DNA of 64,000 nucleotides from Macrostomum hystrix (GCA_950097015.1 CATNEN010000001.1:14198001-14262000), one strand, 5' to 3'. Shown: positions 36,933 through 49,951, counted from the stretch's first letter. Notes: generated by a model not told the origin, from the letters alone. Numbers and translations are program-made.

Positions 36933-38122
36933 TCGCTAGCAGGCTGCTTGGGTGATGTTGCTGAAATGTGAAGTGCCTATCTTTTATTGGTATCAGGTAT
37001 CAGATATTTGTTATAAATATATTATTTGCAGGGCTGTGGACAATGGCGCTTTCTTTGGCGACAGCAAGCGAAATGTGTGTCGACAAATGTTGACGCATGT
37101 GTGTGCAGATTTTCAGAATTTATCGTTTTAGACCGTGTACAAGCCTTGGCGGTTGGCTCTGGAATCTTAACTCTAGTTAAAGTTCTAGGCCCTGATAAGA
37201 CCACACAAGTTGATTATGGATTGAAAATCCATAGCTGGAATTCTCGAAGATTTGCTAGAAAAATCGGATGCTATTCTAGACTAAGGACTCAAAAGTTTTA
37301 AGGTCTGGGGTTGAAACATTTTATTTAACTGTAAAATATGTTGAATAAACACGGGTTTATTTTGCACGGGTGTGGCGCCTCCCCCTCCCCAGTCCACGGA
37401 CTGAACAGCTGTGTACAGTCATTGTAATTTCTAGCTGTAAACGCCACCGCAGCACAAGATCCTCGGATACTAGACAGTGAGTTTTACCTTTGATATTCTT
37501 AGAATTCACAGGGAATTATAAATTTTGAAAGTGTGGGACTTTAAAATCCACTTGATAGACCTTGGTTATTGCCTACAAGCGACAATTACGGCATTATTGA
37601 AGTACAAAAGTACAAGTAATTCTTTAAAAAACTTACGGTGGTTTTTTTGTGAAAGACCAGCTCGCTGAGACAGGTGATTCAATTTGCAACAAAATAATTC
37701 AATTTGTTTAAATAGGCAAGCTGCGCAAATTCACCTGATCTCATCTAACGACCTAATCAAAGCTGTCTTTCTCTGTCTTATCGTGCCAATGTCTTCAGTG
37801 AAAGAAAAAGGTTAAAGGTTGTGCACACAATGCTATGTTAAAAGAGAGAAGAGCGAGAGAGAACACAGTCGAGTTGGATGACAGGCCGTACAGGGCCGCG
37901 CCAGCTCTTCTCTTTCTGTATCTCTGCCCCCTCGGTCTGTAGTTTCAGCCGAGAGCCACCAACGTGGCTTATTATCGCTCGTGCCATTTTTCAACAAAAT
38001 CGACCCATGGCACGCTCAGAGCTCGCGAGAGCGCACACAGCGGGTGAGTCGATAAAAAGAATTTTATTCAGCCTTTCAGAGTTGCGAGTTTCCGCCTAGC
38101 AGTCAAATATACTAGTAGCTGC

Positions 38123-41100
38123 ATGAGTTCAACCATGGATTTTGTTAAAAAGTGGTACTCAAAATGGGATCACATTCCGTGGAAGCATATTTCATCGCCA
38201 AAGGAACAATGGAAGGTGAGCAAAGGCTCGTAGCTTATATTTGTTTGCTATTTATTTACTGCTGATGATAACGTTTTCGACGATTGACAAAAGAGTTGGT
38301 AGCTCTCTATGGTTAGCTCCAGTAGTAGTGTACCTCCAGTGGTTACTGCTTCCGGCTTCTGGGTGAGAGGTCGGAGGTTCAAATCTCAGTAATTGGTGTC
38401 TTTGAGCAACCCTTGTGATTAAGTTCACCGCTCTGTTAAATCGATACCAGTATCGGCTGGGGTAGACAGACAGTTCGTTGGTTGCGGCAGTCTGTCCATG
38501 GTTCAAAATGACATCTTGATGCACACGTGCAGGTTCTGCCAACCTTTCTCATCGGCGAGTACCTGTTCATCTTCCTCGCCGCGCTGGCCCTGATTCACGC
38601 CCTGCGCCAGGGCCGCAGGCATGTGTTCGTCTGGTTGGCCAGCTTCCTTGCCGGCTCATCCAATGACATCTTCTTTATGTACCTGCCGCTGGTTGACAAC
38701 TTCTGGCAGGCTCAGGCTACCATTATGCTCACTCCGCGACTGCCATTGTACATCTGCTGCGTGTACTGCACCTTTATGTACTACGCCACCGTGAGCGCTT
38801 GGCGTCTCGGCCTGCCCACGCTGGCCGAGGCCTGTCTGAGCGGCCTGATGGGCATCATGATCTATATGCCCTATGACATCATCGGCATCAAGTTCCTGTG
38901 GTACGTTTCAGTCTTGCATTGATAATAAAAATGATAATAATAATTGCAGGAATGTGCTGCCGATCCTTCTGTCCGGCTAAAGGTTTCTCAGCGGATTATC
39001 TAGGGGAGGGGGGTCGGTGGCAGAGTGTTTAACGATTTTACCTCTCGCACCACGGTGCCTAAGTTCGATTCCACAGCGAGGCCACATCCATTTTGGGGCG
39101 CAGTCGCGGAGTGAAGGCTTGTGAGCTTGTCGTGCAATTTACGCCCTTGAGGGCCAACCTCCAAGGCACAGTAAAATGTACACAGATGAAGAGACCTGAC
39201 GATGAGACAGTCAGGGCAGATGTACACACCTGTGTGAGCGTATGCCTGCGTACAGTATCTATGTGAGTGTGTGCCCAGGAGTCAGCGAAATGGGCAGAAT
39301 TGCCTCCTCGCTGGCCCTTCCCCAAATTTTCTGTCTGGGCGGTCGATATGATTATTCTGGAACACAGCATCTATTAGTCTGATTTTGGATTCGAAACTGA
39401 TTAAGTTACAAAAGTATTCTCCTATCTTTTCAAATATTTCCAATATTTTAAGTTACAAAAGGTCCATTGTGCAGCTTACGCCAACGTGGCCCAACCCCAA
39501 GGGGCAGTGTGAGTGTAGACTGCCTGACTACAATAATAAGAGCACGTGTGTGCTCATGATTCAGCGGAATCGGCAGTATTGCCTCCTCTCTGACTGTGAA
39601 AGCTCCTAAAATTGACTTCCGAATTTGCAGGTGGACCTGGCACGACACTGACCCACCGATCAGCTACAGGATGCTGGGGGTTCCAGTCGGCAGCACCCTA
39701 TGGGTGATCACCTTCACCGGCACGTTCAGCTTCCTGATCCGCACTGTGTACCTGAAGTGGCGCCAGTCAGAGGCAGTGGCTCTGCTAGCCGTGTGCCTGC
39801 TGTCCACGCCGCTCATGATGGTCCAGATGGCCCTGCTGCAGCTCATCAGCTGGGATAAGCAGGGAGTGCCTACACTCTCGAGCCTGCTAGTTGGAGTGGG
39901 CCTGTACCTGACGGCTATCTTTCGTCAGTGGCCGCGCAAATCACTACTCAAGCATCCGTGCGGCCCGTTCATTCGTAAGTCGCCTGACTTCGCGATCAAT
40001 TTGGCTCTGTGTGGCTATTTCGCCACGCTATTCGGCATCATGTACTTTGGAAGGCCGGAGGATCACGTTAGCGATGGCATTCACCAGACCTATGGGCCGT
40101 GCGGCGTCGAGCAGAAGGACTTCTCCGGACAGGTTGGGGGAGAGTTAGTTTTCTTTGCAGCTGAGAACTCATGCTAATGGCGAATGTTTAACGCTGATGA
40201 ATTCTCTCCTTATTACCAATTAAAATTCGGTCACGAAAAAAGTGAGAGTTGGTGGAACGTGTTTACGCAGAGCCACAGCGGCATGATGGTGAGAGCGAAG
40301 CTTTAACAGTAGAGAGACCACGGGGTATTTCAAATGCCCACTGCCTACACGACAGCTCCCAAACCGAATGACCGATTTTCGTGAAAGTGCACCATATGGA
40401 TCTAAATTTTCCACTTTTTACGATGAACTAGCTCGTAATTGTTTAAGCCGTCCGACGTCAGCATCGTCGAGATATTCAGCGATTCTTGTCGAAGACCTGG
40501 TGACAAGGACAACTAACATTGCTCGGTATAAACTTCTAGCTATGACGAATCCGTATTGGTTGAAAAATAAGCAATATAATCAGTACAATATAGTTAGCGA
40601 TAATAGCCGACATGGTTACATGATGAACTTTTGTGATCAGAAATTTTTTCGCCTATATTGGTGGTTTTTCGCCTCCAGACACCCCGACGAGAATTGTTGA
40701 ATACCTCGACTATGCTTATATTTTGTGATTCTGGAAGCTGTTCAATCGGATAGAGTGGAAAAAATTGGTCCATGTACTGGATTTTCATGGCGATTTTGGT
40801 TTAATATTTTGGGAGATGCAGAAAAAGGAAAAATGTGGTCGTTCTACTGTAAACCAATCAGAGAACTCAGTGTTAGCGAGGATAAACCGGGCCAGAGACG
40901 GTACGGAGCAAGGGCGGCAAACGAAAAGTATCATCCATTTATCATTGCAGATTCGTCATCGATACGTCTGCGAGCGAGACATGAACGAAGACTGGGACTT
41001 CTCGTGCCCGGCGGCTGGGGGTGAGCTACCGGTCGACTACTCAGACTGGTACGTTGTGTGCGGCAGGGCGCATAGCAACAGGCCGCTGTGGCTGGCAGCC

Positions 41101-41205
41101 CTGGCAGGCTACGCACTGCTGGGCTCATTCACCTACTCGCGAATTCTGCGCTTCGGTCAGAGACGGTCGTCTGGCACTACTGACAGTAGACTGCACGCTG
41201 AGTGA
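38123..41205 (+). CDS. Multi-pass membrane protein, ~405 aa (possibly DUF7802-like; unverified); exons 38123-38215, 38533-38900, 39631-40132, 40951-41205
   Basis: Canonical GT-AG junctions keep the frame (1218 nt); motifs DNFWQAQATIMLTPRLPLY, WWTWHDTDP, GIHQTYGPC, WYVVCG. Confidence 0.88.
38325..38505 (+). mobile_element. Diverged SINE-like copy in intron 1
   Basis: CAGTGGTT..GGTTCAAATC box-like motifs, then TTGAGCAA..AGTTCACC..GTTAAATCGATACCAG resembling family A. Confidence 0.5.
39008..39315 (+). mobile_element. tRNA-derived SINE family B, copy 1
   Basis: TGGCAGAGTG A-box and GTTCGATTCC B-box; homologous over its length to 50351-50700. Confidence 0.8.
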
Positions 41206-41477
41206 CGCCTGAAATTAGTTTGCTGAACTATCTAGCGAATAAATATTCATTTGACTGTGCAATAAAAACAATTAGTTACAAAAAATATTGGTGATCGCTT
41301 TTTAGTCGAGTCTATTCGAGTGTTTTTGTTCCATTTCCTTGACTTATTTTTCAATTTCACGAGTTCTTATAAAAGTACATTCAATCAGCTGATATTCCAG
41401 GAATATGAGGTTTGAGCTTTGTGAGTTTGTAGGATTTTAAATTTATGGGGGTAGGTTATGAAATTGGCATGCCTTGA

Positions 41478-41690
41478 GGGGGTTGTTGCTTGTCGGTTAG
41501 AGCGTCGGACTCAGGACTTAAAGGTCGGGAGTTCGATTCTTGACTCTTCTGGAACACTTTGTGCCCTTTAGCAAGACACTTAACTCTGCATTGCTTCAGT
41601 TCACCCAGCTGTTAAATGGGTACCAGCATCAGCTGGGGTTATTGAGGGTGGGTGTGGCGTCTTCCAGTCCATCGACTGCAGCCTTCAGAT
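41478..41690 (+). mobile_element. SINE family A copy
   Basis: GGTTAGAGCGTCGGACTC..GTTCGATTC..CTTTAGCAAGACACTTAACTCTGCATTGCTTCAGTTCACCCAGCTGTTAAATGGGTACC. Confidence 0.85.
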
Positions 41691-42479
41691 GCACCGCGCA
41701 ATAGCTACGGCATCTGCACTTCCACTCACGCATTCAGTCGTTGCAGTCTCGAAAGCTCCATATCCAGATAAAATTGTTCCAGATAGATCTGGGCAAGAAA
41801 TTTGCCAAGCTTGCACCGACATGAAGCAGGGCAGCGCGCCACATCACGAGTGGCCCTACAAAGTCGATAATCCGTTTAGCGCTGCGCGAGACGAGGCATC
41901 ACTATCCATATATATCGTGCACTTTTTATTAGTTGATGCCGGCGCAGGACAAAATGGACGAAACTGTCAGGATTCCGTTAGTGTTATCCGGACGGCGAGG
42001 TCTCGTCGAGGTTTCGGGTGGCATGTTAACACCCTTCTTTGCTTCTCTTTCTGTCTCTCTCCGTTTCATTCAGCCCCAGCTAGAGAAGACGACAGAAAAA
42101 ACTATCGCGTGAAAAAAGTCACGCGCCATCTGCTGGGAGGCAGTTGAAAATACTTTTCTCTCTTTATTTAAAGCAGCAGCAGCAGCAGCAGCAATTACTC
42201 TGAGAGTTTGGTATCAACCATTGGAAACAAAGGCTTCCAGTTCCGTCCTGTTGTCGTATTCAGGTTCTTAGGGTGCACTTTCTTAGAAAGTTTGCATTGC
42301 TAAACAATTTTTTTGTTTGAGTTCAGATCTTCCCATTTTGTGTTATTTTTTGGATTAAGGAGGTAACTTCGTTTGTCATTAAACTACGATATTTAAAATA
42401 AAATTTTTCGTTTTTAATAGTTTTTTCTGGTTATAGCTTTCGGATAATAATTGGTGGATAAGCAGTAGAATAGATTACA

Positions 42480-42660
42480 GGGGAGTTACAGACTAGTGAT
42501 TATAGTGTCGGGCTAACGACTTGTAGGTCTGGGGTTCGATTCCTGACTCCACTGAATTATTTTGTCTTTTAGCAAGACAAATAAATAACACTGCATTAGC
42601 TGGGGTGATTGGTGCCTGTGGCGTCCCACCAGTCCATGGACTGAACAGCCGTACGCAGCT
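42480..42660 (+). mobile_element. SINE family A copy with an internal deletion
   Basis: GGTTCGATTCC, TTTAGCAAGACA, CCAGTCCATGGACTGAACAG. A further 3' fragment lies at ~37368-37415. Confidence 0.7.
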
Positions 42661-43679
42661 TTCTAATATATTACTTAGTAGTAGTTAATAGCCGCACATT
42701 TTTTTTGAAAATGCGAGCCAACACTTCAGCGTAACAAATTTTATATTCTAGGACATCAATCTTTAGTGACCCAAGTATTGCACAAGCTAGTTAGCTATCC
42801 AATTTGTCCAATTCAGCATTCATTATTCATAAATGCGGCACACGCACGCTTGTCTGTTTGTACTTATGGCACAATTTGATCCGTCAGTCAAAGGCTTAGC
42901 CAGCGGAGTTGTGGGGGGACAAGAATTGCTTGAGAACTCACTCAAAAACAGGATTTTGTTCGCACTGAGATAGAAATGAGCGGAAGGAGGTAAAGAGGCT
43001 GCTAGGGGGTTGGGTGAAGAGACTTCAGAGTGAATTGACTGAGCGCTAATCCTGTTACAATGTCACAAGAACGAAGTCTCACTCCAGCAGTGTCCTAGGA
43101 CTGGGATTAAGTGTTAGGATCGAGTGAGGATCAAAGCATAGTCTTAGAAATCTGACTAGGCTTAGCCTTGGAAATCATGCTGTTTAAGACAAAAAACTTC
43201 TCTGCTGTGAAGACTCTGTTATTGACAGAATCGATCTGAATCTTAATTTGTTATCAAATTTGCGATGAGTTGCAATTAGATATGGCTTGATATCAGCGTG
43301 TCTGTGCGAGTTGCTATTGGCGAAAAGCTAGAAAATCAAGCCTGAGGGAGAGAAAGATTGAGTGTTAAGTGATGGGGAGAGAGGAGGCACATCTTCATCT
43401 GCCGATAATTCTTATCTTTTAATATTCTTCGTCAGGAAAGAGAGCAAAAAACTTTTTTGTCGCGGTAAGCCGTAAATATTTAATTTAAAGTCAAAAAGCA
43501 AGGAAAATCTACTCGTATAAGGAGAGTGAACTTAATCGCAAAAAACCGTTCGTGTGACAAAGTACAAAGTGACAAAGAAATGCGGAATGGGTGTCTCAAA
43601 CTGTACAAGTGAGCGGTCTGAATGACCTTGGTGGGATGGCCAGATTGTGTAGAACGGCGGCTTGCTCGTTGGCACCGTG

Positions 43680-44650
43680 CGGGGATCTGGTCCTTCGATC
43701 AGCTTGGCTTTTTGGCGCTGACGTCGCTCATTGGCCTTTGGACTTGAACGGTCGCGGTTCCATTACGCCGGTGAAGGTGAAGTCCGCGTGGGCGGTGCCG
43801 GATGTCGGTGATGTACGCCAGCATGCGGCCACGGATGCTGTTGGTCGTCTCGCCGACGCAGATACCGCCGTCGTTGCACCGGCGACAGTACACAGCGTAG
43901 ATGGCTTCAAAGCGTTGCATTCGATCCTCTGGCTGATGACGATTTAGACTTTGTTGTCGCGGCTGACCCAGGACAGACGGAAGTGGTGAATCTGGCGTGC
44001 GCCTGGCAGATCTTGCAGAGCCGGACCGGGTTGCATGGCAGGAAGCCGAACCGTCTGGTCGGGTAGAAGCCCAGTTCCGTCAGTACGTCGTACTTGATGT
44101 TGCGCAGAAGCCGCCGGCTGTATCCTTGGTGCTGCACCAGGTTTGACATCAGCCCGGTGCACGCTGCATCGAAGTCGGCCATCTGGGAACATCGTCGGGC
44201 GTAGCTGAATAGCTGGGACTGCACGGACGCCACGGAAAGTCCGCTTAGAATAGAATGAGTCGCGGTGGATGAGGGCTCGGCTGTCGGCGGGTTTGAAGAA
44301 AACCCTGGTTCCGATTTTCGTGGTGTCGCCCTCGCGCTCCCAAAAGACAGTCCAGTAAGTCGACTTCGGTGCTGCTGTAGCTCAGTTGTAGCCAGATGTT
44401 CAGGTCGAGGGCGTCCAGATGTTGATAGAACCGGATCAGTTCGTCTTCCGTTCCACGCCACACGCTGAAGATGTCGTCGGTGTACCGGAGTCACAGGCTG
44501 GGTTTCTGAGGGCTGGTCTCAAGGCCTCTCTGCTCCCAGCAGCCCATGTGGATGTTCCTATAGCTAGGCGCAAACGTTCTCCCCACGACCAAGTGCCATT
44601 CACCTGTAGGAAGTACTTGCTCTCAAATTCAAAGTCGATGCGCTCGAGAT
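43680..44650 (-). mobile_element. Penelope-like element fragment (RT C-terminus plus GIY-YIG endonuclease), frameshifted
   Basis: FEFESKYFLQVNGT, YTDDIFSVWRGTEDEL, SQLFSYARRCS, CNPVRLCKIC, AIYAVYCRRC..VGETTNSIRGRM. Confidence 0.8.
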
Positions 44651-44779
44651 TTAGGAGAGAGGGGAGAGGAAGAGAGATGGCTCTGAAATGTAATATTTCT
44701 TTATACATAATATTTTATCAAATAACAAAATTATGCAAAACATTTCTAACTGCAAAATTTAACGACCCCATCCTTCATG

Positions 44780-45060
44780 ACCTTTCCTCTCAACTCTCCT
44801 CTCCTCTCCTCTCTCCTATTTTCTCCTCTTCTCTCCATCCTCTCTCCTATCTTATCTCCTCTACTGTACTCTACTCAACTCTCCTCTCCTCTCTTCTCTC
44901 CCATCCTCTCTCCTCTCCTCTCCTCTCATCTCCTCTCTTTTCCTCTCCTCTCCTCTCCTCTCCTCTCCTCTCCTCTCCTCTCCTCCCCTCTCCTCCTCTC
45001 TCCTCTCTCATCTGCCCTCCCATCCTTTCTCCTCCCTCCTCCTCTCCTCTCCAGCTTCAG
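44780..45060. repeat. (ctctc)n pyrimidine-rich low-complexity tract; a second tract at 45720-46010
   Basis: Direct inspection. Confidence 0.9.
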
Positions 45061-46476
45061 TGTTCTGCCTAGAAGGTCAAGAGAAGCGCGGTGTTGTCAT
45101 TTAGATTACATGAATATCTTTTCATAACCAAAGGTTAGTGGACACGATTTCCCAATATTACTCTTTATTCCCATTAAGAAAATAAATCTTTAATCCCTTG
45201 ATTCTAAGCCCCATCCAATGTCAAAGGGCGGTTAGAGGGCTTGGATTGGCAGCCCATTGCCCTATACAAGAGCCAACCAATGAGAGCGTCCATCCCACTG
45301 TCTCCCCAGAAACTAAAAATGGGAGGCTTCGGTCCCAGGTCGCCAGGAATAGCAATGGAACGCATGTGAAATGCAATCGAATGCATTCTAAAAGAAGACT
45401 TTCATAAAGCAACACAGCTAATCAGAACGCAAGCAAAAGGCAGAAACCCAGAAAGAAGGTGAGTGACAGTCTGCAAGTATCATCCAGCACCAAACAAATA
45501 CATCCCTTTTCGAAATTCTCACCAGAATCGGGAGGAAAAGAGAAAATGTTTTTTTAAATGCTTGAGAAGAAATCTGATTTGAATATAGAAGATTTTTCTT
45601 CTAAATTTGCATCTTGGAATCTGCAATCTGAATCTTCTGAGCTGTGCTGTTCTGATATGCACAGCTCTGCAACCCTTTATTGTCACTAACTGAAACAGCT
45701 AATAGAACTCTGCCAGCTCCGCTCTTCTCCTCTCCTCCTCTCTCTCCCCCTTTCTCTCCTCCTCTCTCTCGTCATCTCCCTCCTTCCTCATCTCCTCATC
45801 TCTCTCTCCTTATCTTTCTCCTTCCTCCTCTCCTCATCTCTCTCCTCATCTCTTTCCACATCTCTACTCTTACCTCTCTTCTCTCTTTTCTCTCCTCTCT
45901 TCTCTCCTCTCTCCTCTCTCCTCTCTCCTCTCTATCCTCTCGTGTTTTCTTCTCTCCTATCTCCACAATAATATATTCCCTTCTTCTCTTCTTTCCCTAT
46001 CTCTCATTTCCCGGCCGTCAATACACTCCCTAGAAAAGCCTCATTAGCCTCTCTAACCATGACTGATTTCAAACAAAAGACAGCACGGCAAAAGTTATTT
46101 ACAGCCGGTAAAAACGCGGCCCTTTTTGCAATTCTAGATTGAAATTTACGACCCTTTCAAACTTGAAATTCCTGTTGGCTGTAAGTAAAGTGCTGTCTTC
46201 CGCGTTGTAAACAAACCTATGAACCAGGGCTGTTTAAAAAAATACCTCTCAAGGCACTCATCAAAGACTTTCTGCTGGCTGAAAATGCTTGGACAATTTT
46301 ATTGACTCAGTGCGCAGCTAAAATGAAAGCATTTCTTTGTGGGGCCATTCAGAGCAAAGCAAAAAAAATTCAAGCATTCCCGCGAAGCATCTGTTCTCAT
46401 TCGGGCAGTGACTAAAACTGAACGATAAATACTACTGAAAAACACTTGCAAATTTTAGTTATCTTAGAAATCAGAA

Positions 46477-46862
46477 TCTAACATGTTACAGATCTTAACC
46501 TGTCTAACATGTTACATATCAGAACCTGTCTAACATGTTACAGATCAGAACCTGTCTAACATGTTACAGATATCAGAACCTGTCTAACATGTTACAAATC
46601 CGAATCTGTCTAACATGTTACAGATCAGAACCTGTCTAACATGTTACAGATCTTAACCTGTCTAACATGTTACATATCAGAACCTGTCTAACATGTTACA
46701 TATCAGAACCTGTCTAACATGTTACAGATCCATACCTGTCTAACATGTTACAGATCTTAACCTGTCTAACATGTTACAAATCCGAACCTGTCTAACATGT
46801 TACAGATCAGACCCTGTCTAACATGTTACAGATCTGAACTTGTCTAACATGTTACAGATCTA
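46477..46862 (+). repeat. 26-bp minisatellite (ctgtctaacatgttacagatcagaac)n
   Basis: About 15 units; the same family occurs inverted at 50720-51042. Confidence 0.95.
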
Positions 46863-46904
46863 AGATAACTTCGCAAAATCTGAGAAAGCCGTCTGCTGAT
46901 CGCC

Positions 46905-49900
46905 ATGGCAACCCGTAAATCCCAGCCCGACATTGCCAAAGGCCACCGGATGCTCGCCCAGCCCATTCGCTCCGGCAATGTCAACGAGATCGACTCCGAC
47001 GAAGCCGATGACGAAAATGCCGCGCAGCAGATGCTGCCGGATGATCAACCGACCTGCCGAGCTCTGTTCTGTCAGTGAGTTGAGAGTTCAAATCTTTCCT
47101 CCAACCCAGAAGATTCCTGATAGCATTCGAATTAGCCCTATGAATTCGTTTGAGCACGATTTTGGACTTTAGGGATTCTAGGGATAATAAATAATAATAC
47201 CTCAGGACAATACATTAACCCCTCAGGACAGCACACTTCAGGACAGCACACTTCAGGACACCACACCTCAGGACACCACACTTCAGGACACCAAACCTCA
47301 GGACACCACACTTCAGGACACCACACCTCCGGACACCACACCTCAGGACACCACACTTCAGGACACCACACTTCAGGACACCAAATCTCAAGACACCACA
47401 ACCCTCAGGACACCACACCTCAGGACACCAAAACTCAGGACACCACACCTCAGGACACAACACTTCAGGACACCACACCTCAGGACACCACACCTCAGGA
47501 CACCACACTTCAGGACACCACTCCTCAGGACACCACACTTCAGGACACCACACCTCAGGACACCACACCTCAGGACAACAAAACTCAGGACAACCTCAGC
47601 AAGCATTGCCCATCACCTTGACAGACGCTGGACGGCCATCTGCTGCTGCTTGGTGGACAGAATTCTTCACTTGCCACCAGAGAGTGCAGCTCGCCCGCAG
47701 CTGGCCCGCTACCGTCGCACCTGGCATCGTCTGGCGGCTCTGCTGGCGTGTCTGGTGGCACTGACTCTCGGCCAGACTTGCGCCAGCAGCTTCGCCTTCG
47801 GCTACTGCGTGCATCATCTCGGCGGCTGCTCGGCATTCCTGGAACGCGATCCCTGCCTGAAGACGGTCGTTCCATTCTTCGTCGTCTCCCTGGTGTGGCT
47901 CAGTGTCTTCTGCTCCTGCTGCTGCCAGAGTCCGAAAGCTCTTAGCGTTTTTCTCCTTGTAGGCTTGTGCGGTGAAGTCGTTCTCGGCAGCTACATGGTG
48001 GCCTTCGACAGAGCCACTCGGATTGACGACCACCTCACCACTCACCTGGTGAACTCGCTGGACGCGAATGTCTGCTACGGCAGGCCCCGCAGCGGAGGCA
48101 GCGAAGACGATGTCGAGAGTCGAGTGGACGCCGCAAAGTGCTTCGGAGCTTATCGACTGGCGGCGAAGGCGTGCCAGAGGCTGTTGGATTGGCGAAGTCA
48201 GGCTGCGCACAATGCTAGTGGACAGTGGACAGGACAGGTGAGTGGCAGGTAGCACTTTAGTGCACCAAACTATGCGCGTCAAGACTATTATTAGAAAAAT
48301 ACGTTTTGTACATTATACTTCAGGGCGACACACCTCAGGACACCACACACCACACCTCAGGAGAATACACCTCAGGACACTGAACCTCATGACACCGCAC
48401 CTCAGGTCGTTACACATCAGTATAAACAACACCTTAAGACACCACACCTCAGGAAATTACATCTCAGTTCACCACACCAAAGGACACCACACCAAAGGAC
48501 ACCACACCAAAGGCCACCACACCAAAGGACACCACACCAAAGGACACCACACCAAAGGACACCACAGCAAAGGACACCACACCAAAGGACACCATACCAA
48601 AGGACACCACACCAAAGGACACCATACCAAAGGACACCACACCAAAGGACACCACACCAAAGGACACCACACCAAAGGACACCATACCAAAGGACACCAC
48701 ACCAAAGGACAACATACCAAAGGACACCACACCAAAGGACACCACACCAAATGGACACCACACCAAAGGACACCATACCAAAGGACACCACACCAAAGGA
48801 CACCACACCAAAGGACACCATACCAAAGGACACCACACCAAAGGACACCACACCAAAGGACACCACACCAAAGGACACCACACCAAAGGACACCACACCA
48901 AATGGACACCACAGCAAAGGACACCACACCAAAGGACACCATACCAAAGGACACCATACCAAAGGACACCACACCAAAGGACACCATACCAAAGGACACC
49001 ACACCAAAGGACACCACAGCAAAGGACACCACACCAAAGGACACCATACCAAAGGACACCACACCAAAGGACACCACAGCAAAGGACACCATACCAAAGG
49101 ACACCACACCAAAGGACACCACACCAAAGGACACTAAACTTCAGGACAATACATCTCATGACAATGCACCTCAGGACAGTACACCTCAGGACAGTACACC
49201 TCATGACACTACACCTCATGAAACTACACCTCAGGACAATACACCTCAGGACAATACACCTCATAACACTACACCTCATGACAATACACAGGACAATACA
49301 CCTCAGGATGCTACACCTATTTTTTTCCTCGAGTTCAACTCAGCAAAACAAACAATAATTTCATATCGGTCGCCGAGGCTTCTACCTTCAATTAAATTCA
49401 TAGGGTTGCTGTGCAGCGTCCTGTGTTTTTACAATCTTGGTGTGTTTTGCCCCTATTTCTAGACACCTCACTGTTCAGGACACCCCAGATTGAGGCGAAG
49501 AGAAATATTATTATCATAATTCATACTCGCAGAAAAGCTTTCTTACACACCAAATTATCTGGCCCAGTTTTGCCGTCAAGCCGAGGCCTGCATTGCTGAG
49601 ATTATGCAGTCGATCATAGGCAGAAAGCACTTCTACCAAGCGCTGACCTACTCTCTGCTGTACCTGTTCGCCCTGATCCACCTCATCATCGCGCTAGCCG
49701 TGTGCGTTTTCGATGTGCGCAGAAAACAAGAAGAGAAACGGCTAGGCGGCGGTCGTCTCCTCCTGGCAGCAGCCGAGTCCGAGTTAGTTGCTGAGGCCAA
49801 TCCTGGTGCGCATGACCCGGGGGTGGACTTGAAGACCTCCCACTGTCTCAGACGCTCAGAGATGGTGTTAATAAATCGTAATGTTGATGGAGCATTAAGC

Positions 49901-49951
49901 TCAACCATTGATTCTTCTAAGCTGAAATTTGAGTTGGTTAAACAGGTTTAA
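46905..49951 (+). CDS. Tetraspanin-like four-transmembrane protein; exons 46905-47074, 47625-48237, ~49538-49951 (last acceptor uncertain)
   Basis: Exons 1 and 2 join in frame by GT-AG. Three TM helices, then a Cys-containing large loop, then a fourth TM ([24 protein letters not shown]). The canonical CCG appears as CFG. Confidence 0.6.
47215..47597. repeat. 15-bp intronic minisatellite (cacctcaggacacca)n
   Basis: Fills intron 1 of the tetraspanin-like gene. Confidence 0.95.
48320..49320. repeat. 15-bp intronic minisatellite (caccaaaggacacca)n flanked by cctcaggaca variants
   Basis: Fills intron 2; source of the spurious HHTKG and DTTPK ORFs. Confidence 0.95.

Noticed and set aside
39195-39220. 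CTGACGA hammerhead-like core in SINE B
   Set aside because: No GAAA after stem II; cctgac..gtcagg simply forms a hairpin.
39295-39360. GCC-TCCTCGCT-GGC, identical to the HDV ribozyme P3/L3 segment
   Set aside because: No GG for P1.1 after the putative P1' strand and no clear catalytic J4/2. The second SINE copy and the LINE do not keep the fold. Better explained as the shared SINE/LINE 3' hairpin.
48242-49462. 406-aa His/Thr-rich ORF and antisense Cys/Trp-rich ORFs
   Set aside because: Translations of the intronic 15-bp satellite, open in several frames.
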